A DNA stretch of 64,000 nucleotides. Origin: an uncultured Chloroflexia bacterium. GTDB lineage: Bacteria > Chloroflexota > Limnocylindria > Limnocylindrales > CSP1-4. A program made the position numbers and the translations under genes. The stretch spans positions 224,001-288,000 of the forward strand of contig CAVVCZ010000006.1 in assembly GCA_963746845.1 (NCBI GenBank), given 5' to 3'. The notes beneath the pieces were generated by a model, which was not told the DNA's origin, did no database searches, and saw only the letters and a program-made list of their open reading frames with translations. Below, piece by piece: positions 60,064-64,000 of this stretch (position 1 is its first letter; the number at the start of each line of letters is the position of its first letter).

Positions 60064-60852
60064 GTGGAACCCGTTCGGTCCGGCCGGCAGCTCCGGGCTC
60101 TCCGCCGCCGCCAGCGGCTCCGGCAGGACGACGTTGCGGTCCGCGCCGGGTCGGGCCGATCCGAGGTCGGTCGAGCGGAGCGTGGTGACTGGCGCCACCT
60201 TCGCGTGGCGACGCTCCACCGGATCGCCACGGCCGTCGGCGCGCGACTGGAGGTCCGAATCTCCTGGAACGGCGAGGCCCTCGACCGGCTGCTCGATGCC
60301 GGACACGCCGCGCTGGTGGAGCAGACGGTACGCCGCCTCGTGGCCTCCGGTTGGCTCTGCGCCGTTGAAGTCTCGTTCAACATCCGAGGCGAGCGCGGTT
60401 CGATCGATGTCCTGGCGTTCCACCCGGGGACGCGCAATGCGTTGATCGTCGAGGTGAAGTCGGTGATCCCGGACGTCCAGGCGACGCTGATGACGCTGGA
60501 CCGAAAGGTCCGTCTTGCGCGGGAGATCGCCGCCGAGCGCGGCTGGGATGCCAATCACGTCGGGCGTCTCCTCGTCGTCGGGGAGTCGCGGACCTCCCGC
60601 CGACGGGTCGAGGCTCACCAGGCCCTGTTCGCAACCGCGCTGCCGGCCCGCGCGGTCGCCATCCGATCATGGCTGCGGGCTCCGGGGCGTCCGCCGGACC
60701 TGGCCGGGCTGTTGTTTCTGTCAACCGGCCTCCCGCCGGCCGCTCGTCATCGGATGGCGCCAGAGTCGCAGCCATCTTCACGCCGCTCACGCACGAGCCG
60801 CGAGCGAGTTCGTGAAGCGGCGTCGTCATCTGCCCCACGGGAGGCCGGGTGA
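60064..60852 (+). CDS. XRE-type HTH + PD-(D/E)XK nuclease-fold protein (paralog B)
   Basis: LRALRRRQRLRQ...AERG; GERGSIDVLAFH...LIVEVKS; LDRK.RLA; GLLFLS. Confidence 0.8.
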   Translation: MEPVRSGRQLRALRRRQRLRQDDVAVRAGSGRSEVGRAERGDWRHLRVATLHRIATAVGARLEVRISWNGEALDRLLDAGHAALVEQTVRRLVASGWLCAVEVSFNIRGERGSIDVLAFHPGTRNALIVEVKSVIPDVQATLMTLDRKVRLAREIAAERGWDANHVGRLLVVGESRTSRRRVEAHQALFATALPARAVAIRSWLRAPGRPPDLAGLLFLSTGLPPAARHRMAPESQPSSRRSRTSRERVREAASSSAPREAG

Positions 60853-60914
60853 CGAGTACGCAGTGACGAACGTCCTCCCGGAGGCCGGGTGACAGATTTC
60901 GGGGGACAAACTCG
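60805..60914. repeat. cluster of about 40-bp units (one inverted, two direct) overlapping the 3' end of nuclease paralog B
   Basis: GGAGGCCGGGTGAC at 60840 and 60880; 60805-60844 vs reverse complement of 60874-60914 match at about 27/41. Confidence 0.6.
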
Positions 60915-60922
60915 GTGTGGAG

Positions 60923-61024
60923 CCGGCCCGCGGGCCTGGGGACCCGCGGGCCGGGGCGCAGCGAGAGGCGCCACGGAACCCGGCACGAATCGAAGCGCCC
61001 GGCCGGGCTGGGCCCGGCCGGGCG
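60923..61024. terminator. two perfect GC hairpins between convergent paralog B and dnaK
   Basis: 12-bp stem 60923-60954; 13-bp stem 60996-61024 followed on the minus strand by CTTCGATT. Confidence 0.55.
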
Positions 61025-61050
61025 TAACGGATCCGAGATGAACCGGAGGC

Positions 61051-63027
61051 TCAGACCTCCTTGAATTCGCCCTCGACCGTATCGTCGGCGTCGGACGAGC
61101 CGGAGCCCGACGAGCCGCCGGAACGAGCGCCGGCCGGCTCCCCCTCGGCCTCACCGCCCTCGCCGGAGCCCTCGGCTCCGGAGCCGTCGGACGAGCCGTT
61201 GGCACCCGCCTCCGAAGCTGCGGCCTGATAGGCCGCCGTCGAGACCCGCTGGAGCGTCTCGGCCAGCGCCGTGGCGCCGGTCGTGATCGCCTCGATCTCG
61301 GAGCCCTTGAGCGCCTCGCGGAGCGAGGTCACCTGGTTCTCCACGGTCGCCTTGTCCTCGGACGACACCTTGTCGCCGAGGTCCTTGATCGTCCGCTCGG
61401 CCTGGTAGGTCAGCTGCTCCGCCTGGTTGCGGACCTCGACCTCCTCGCGCCGCTGGCGATCCTCGTCGGCGTGCTCGGACGCCTCGCGGACCATCTTGTC
61501 GACGTCGTCCTTCGACAGCATCGAGCTCGCGGTGATCCGGACCTGCTGCTCCTTCGAGGTCGCCCGGTCCTTCGCCTTCACGTCGAGGATGCCGTTCGCG
61601 TCGATGTCGAACGTGACCTCGATCTGGGGCACGCCACGCGGGGCCGGCGGGATCCCGTCGAGGATGAACCGGCCGAGCGTCTTGTTGTCCGCGGCGAACT
61701 CGCGCTCGCCCTGGAGGACATGGATCTCGACCTGGCCCTGGTTGTCCGAGGCCGTCGAGAACACCTGCGACTTCGACGTCGGGATCGTCGTGTTCCGATC
61801 GATCAGCTTCGTCATCACGCCACCGAGCGTCTCGATGCCGAGCGACAGCGGCGTCACGTCGAGGAGCAGGACATCCTTGACGTCACCGGCGAGGACGCCG
61901 GCCTGGATCGCGGCGCCGATGCCGACGACCTCGTCCGGGTTGACGCCCTTGTGCGGCTCCTTGCCGTTGAACATCGCCTTGACGGCGTCGACGACCGCCG
62001 GCATCCGGGTCATGCCACCGACGAGGATCACCTCGTCGATGTCACCCGCCTTCAGCCCGGCATCCTTCAGCGCGGCCTCGACCGGCTTGCGGGTCTTGTC
62101 GATGAGATCCGAGACGAGGTCCTCGAGCTTGGCCCGGGTCAGGGTCACGACGAGGTGCTTCGGCCCGGACGCGTCTGCTGTGATGTACGGGAGGTTGATC
62201 TCGGTCGACGAGGTCGAGCTCAGCTCGATCTTCGCCTTCTCGGCCGCCTCCTTGAGTCGCTGGAGGGCCTGGGGGTCCTTCGAGAGGTCGATCCCCTGGT
62301 CCTTCTTGAACTCGGTCAGCAGCCACTCGATGACGCGCTGGTCGAAGTCGTCGCCGCCGAGGTGCGTGTCGCCGTTGGTCGCCTTGACCTCGAAGACGCC
62401 CTCGCCGAGCTCGAGGATCGAGATGTCGAAGGTGCCGCCGCCCAGGTCGTACACGGCGATCTTCTCGTCGTGCTTCTTGTCGAGGCCGTACGCGAGGGCC
62501 GATGCGGTCGGCTCGTTGATGATCCGGCGGACTTCCAGGCCGGCGATCCGGCCGGCGTCCTTCGTCGCCTGGCGCTGGGTGTCGTCGAAGTAGGCCGGGA
62601 CGGTGATCACCGCCTCGGTGACCTTCTCGCCGAGATACGCCTCCGCGTCGGTCTTCAGCTTCTGGAGGACCATCGCGCTGATCTCGGGCGGGCTATAGGT
62701 CTTGTCGCCGACCTTGACGACGACGCCGTCGGACTTGCCGTCCTTCTCGACGGTGTAGCTCACGAGCTCCTTGGCGCGCTTCGTCTCCGGGTCGTCCCAG
62801 CGACGGCCCATGAAGCGCTTGATCGAATAGATCGTGTTGGCGGGGTTCGTGACGGCCTGGCGCTTGGCCAGCTGGCCGACGAGGCGCTCCCCGGTCTTCG
62901 TGAAGGCCACGACCGACGGCACCGTCCGGCCTCCCTCGGCCGAGGCGATGACGGTTGGCTCGCCGCCCTCCATCACGGCGACGACGCTGTTCGTCGTGCC
63001 GAGGTCGATGCCGATGATCTTGCCCAT
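61051..63027 (-). CDS. dnaK: chaperone DnaK
   Basis: [38 protein letters not shown]. Confidence 0.99.
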   Translation of the reverse strand: MGKIIGIDLGTTNSVVAVMEGGEPTVIASAEGGRTVPSVVAFTKTGERLVGQLAKRQAVTNPANTIYSIKRFMGRRWDDPETKRAKELVSYTVEKDGKSDGVVVKVGDKTYSPPEISAMVLQKLKTDAEAYLGEKVTEAVITVPAYFDDTQRQATKDAGRIAGLEVRRIINEPTASALAYGLDKKHDEKIAVYDLGGGTFDISILELGEGVFEVKATNGDTHLGGDDFDQRVIEWLLTEFKKDQGIDLSKDPQALQRLKEAAEKAKIELSSTSSTEINLPYITADASGPKHLVVTLTRAKLEDLVSDLIDKTRKPVEAALKDAGLKAGDIDEVILVGGMTRMPAVVDAVKAMFNGKEPHKGVNPDEVVGIGAAIQAGVLAGDVKDVLLLDVTPLSLGIETLGGVMTKLIDRNTTIPTSKSQVFSTASDNQGQVEIHVLQGEREFAADNKTLGRFILDGIPPAPRGVPQIEVTFDIDANGILDVKAKDRATSKEQQVRITASSMLSKDDVDKMVREASEHADEDRQRREEVEVRNQAEQLTYQAERTIKDLGDKVSSEDKATVENQVTSLREALKGSEIEAITTGATALAETLQRVSTAAYQAAASEAGANGSSDGSGAEGSGEGGEAEGEPAGARSGGSSGSGSSDADDTVEGEFKEV

Positions 63028-63076
63028 CGTGGTTGCTCTCTCCTCTGGTTGGTTGCGTTGTCAGGTGGTTGGTGGA

Positions 63077-63706
63077 TCAGTGGGTGGTGGCGGCGGCGTC
63101 GGTCGGGTCGCCTGCGGCCACGGCGACGAGCGCCGGGCGGATGACCTTGTCGCGGAGCTTGTAGCCGCGCCGGACGACGTCGACGATCTCGCCCTCGGCC
63201 CGGCCGCTGCCGGGGACGTTGGCGATCGCCTCGTGCTCGCGGGGGTCGAACGGCATGCCGGCCGCGACCTCGATCTGGCTGACGCCCTCGCTCTCGAGCA
63301 GGGCCCGCAGCTTGCGGTCGATCGCGGTCACGCCCTCGACCCAACCATCGCCGGCGAGCTCTGTCGGGCGGTTGTCGATCGCGAGATCGAAGTCGTCGGC
63401 GAGCGCGAGGACCTTGCGGATCAGGTCCTCCCCGGCGAGCCCGAGCATCTGCTCGCGCTCCTCGGTGGTCCGCCGCCGGTAGTTGCTGAACTCGGCGCGC
63501 TCGCGCTGGAGCCCGGCGAGGTACTCGTCGGACTTCGCGGTCGTCGCGGCGAGCTCCGCCTTGAGCAGGTCGATGTCCGCGAGGAGCTTGGTCGGGGAGA
63601 CGTCCAGCTCGTCGATCCGCTCCTGGGCGCGGGTCCGGTGGGGTCGGTGCGCGGGGTCGCCGTTCTGGCCGGGTGGCCGGCCGCGGTAGTCGCGTGGATC
63701 AGGCAT
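63077..63706 (-). CDS. grpE: nucleotide exchange factor GrpE
   Basis: AEFSNYRRR, FDPREHEA, GYKLRDKVIRPALV. Confidence 0.96.
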   Translation of the reverse strand: MPDPRDYRGRPPGQNGDPAHRPHRTRAQERIDELDVSPTKLLADIDLLKAELAATTAKSDEYLAGLQRERAEFSNYRRRTTEEREQMLGLAGEDLIRKVLALADDFDLAIDNRPTELAGDGWVEGVTAIDRKLRALLESEGVSQIEVAAGMPFDPREHEAIANVPGSGRAEGEIVDVVRRGYKLRDKVIRPALVAVAAGDPTDAAATTH

Positions 63707-64000
63707 CGATGTTGTGCACCAGCTCGTTGAGAAGGGTGGAGACGAAGCGGACCGTGCCGATCGCCTGCGGATAGGCCATCCGGGTGGGCCCGAGGACGCC
63801 GACGACGCCGACCGCCCGGCCCGGCTCGCCGTAGGGAGCCAGGACGAGCGAGACGTCGCGCATCTCCTCGGGTGCATTCTCGGCGCCGATGAAGACCTGG
63901 ACCGTGCCCGTCCCGGCGACCCGGTCGAGGAGCTCGCCGAGGTAGGCCCGGTTCTCGAGGGCGGCGAAGACCCGGCGGAGCTTGTCGCTCCGCTCGAACT
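63699..64000 (-). CDS. hrcA: heat-inducible repressor HrcA, 3' part
   Basis: Hand translation gives VFIGAEN...SLV.APY...GVVGVLGPTRMAY; overlaps grpE start. Confidence 0.92.
   Translation of the reverse strand, partial: FERSDKLRRVFAALENRAYLGELLDRVAGTGTVQVFIGAENAPEEMRDVSLVLAPYGEPGRAVGVVGVLGPTRMAYPQAIGTVRFVSTLLNELVHNIDA

Overview
Very GC-rich bacterial chromosome segment, mostly housekeeping. The Firmicutes-like gene order, many leaderless-type promoters and a small SWIM protein suggest a high-GC Chloroflexota such as Limnocylindria; this is inference, not shown. Main content: a cobalamin-riboswitch-led corrinoid uptake and salvage operon (btuFCD-cobS-cobU-cobC-cobT); a divergent 3-gene exported-protein operon with a variant metzincin; manC-manB-cupin; a SAM/methionine-cycle cluster (metK, ahcY, mtnA, apt) with kynU; LLM-Gfo/Idh/MocA-ThuA; an orphan PAS kinase; pth-mfd; and the hrcA-grpE-dnaK...dnaJ-prmA-mtaB-HIT...rpsU-yqeY-HDIG-ybeY superoperon, which is interrupted twice. 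Best novelty candidate: two paralogous XRE-HTH + PD-(D/E)XK nuclease genes sit at the edges of those two interruptions, share a gaplessly alignable promoter box and end in palindromic DNA. Several long imperfect inverted-repeat elements of similar architecture also occur, one empty and one bracketing a MarR-like gene, suggesting a possible REP/REPIN-like element-enzyme system. Also notable: a split-barrel/MenA-like prenyltransferase fusion, an HTH-less MocR-like protein lacking the PLP lysine, and an N-terminally extended MtnA. No rRNA, tRNA, CRISPR array or classical transposase was recognised.
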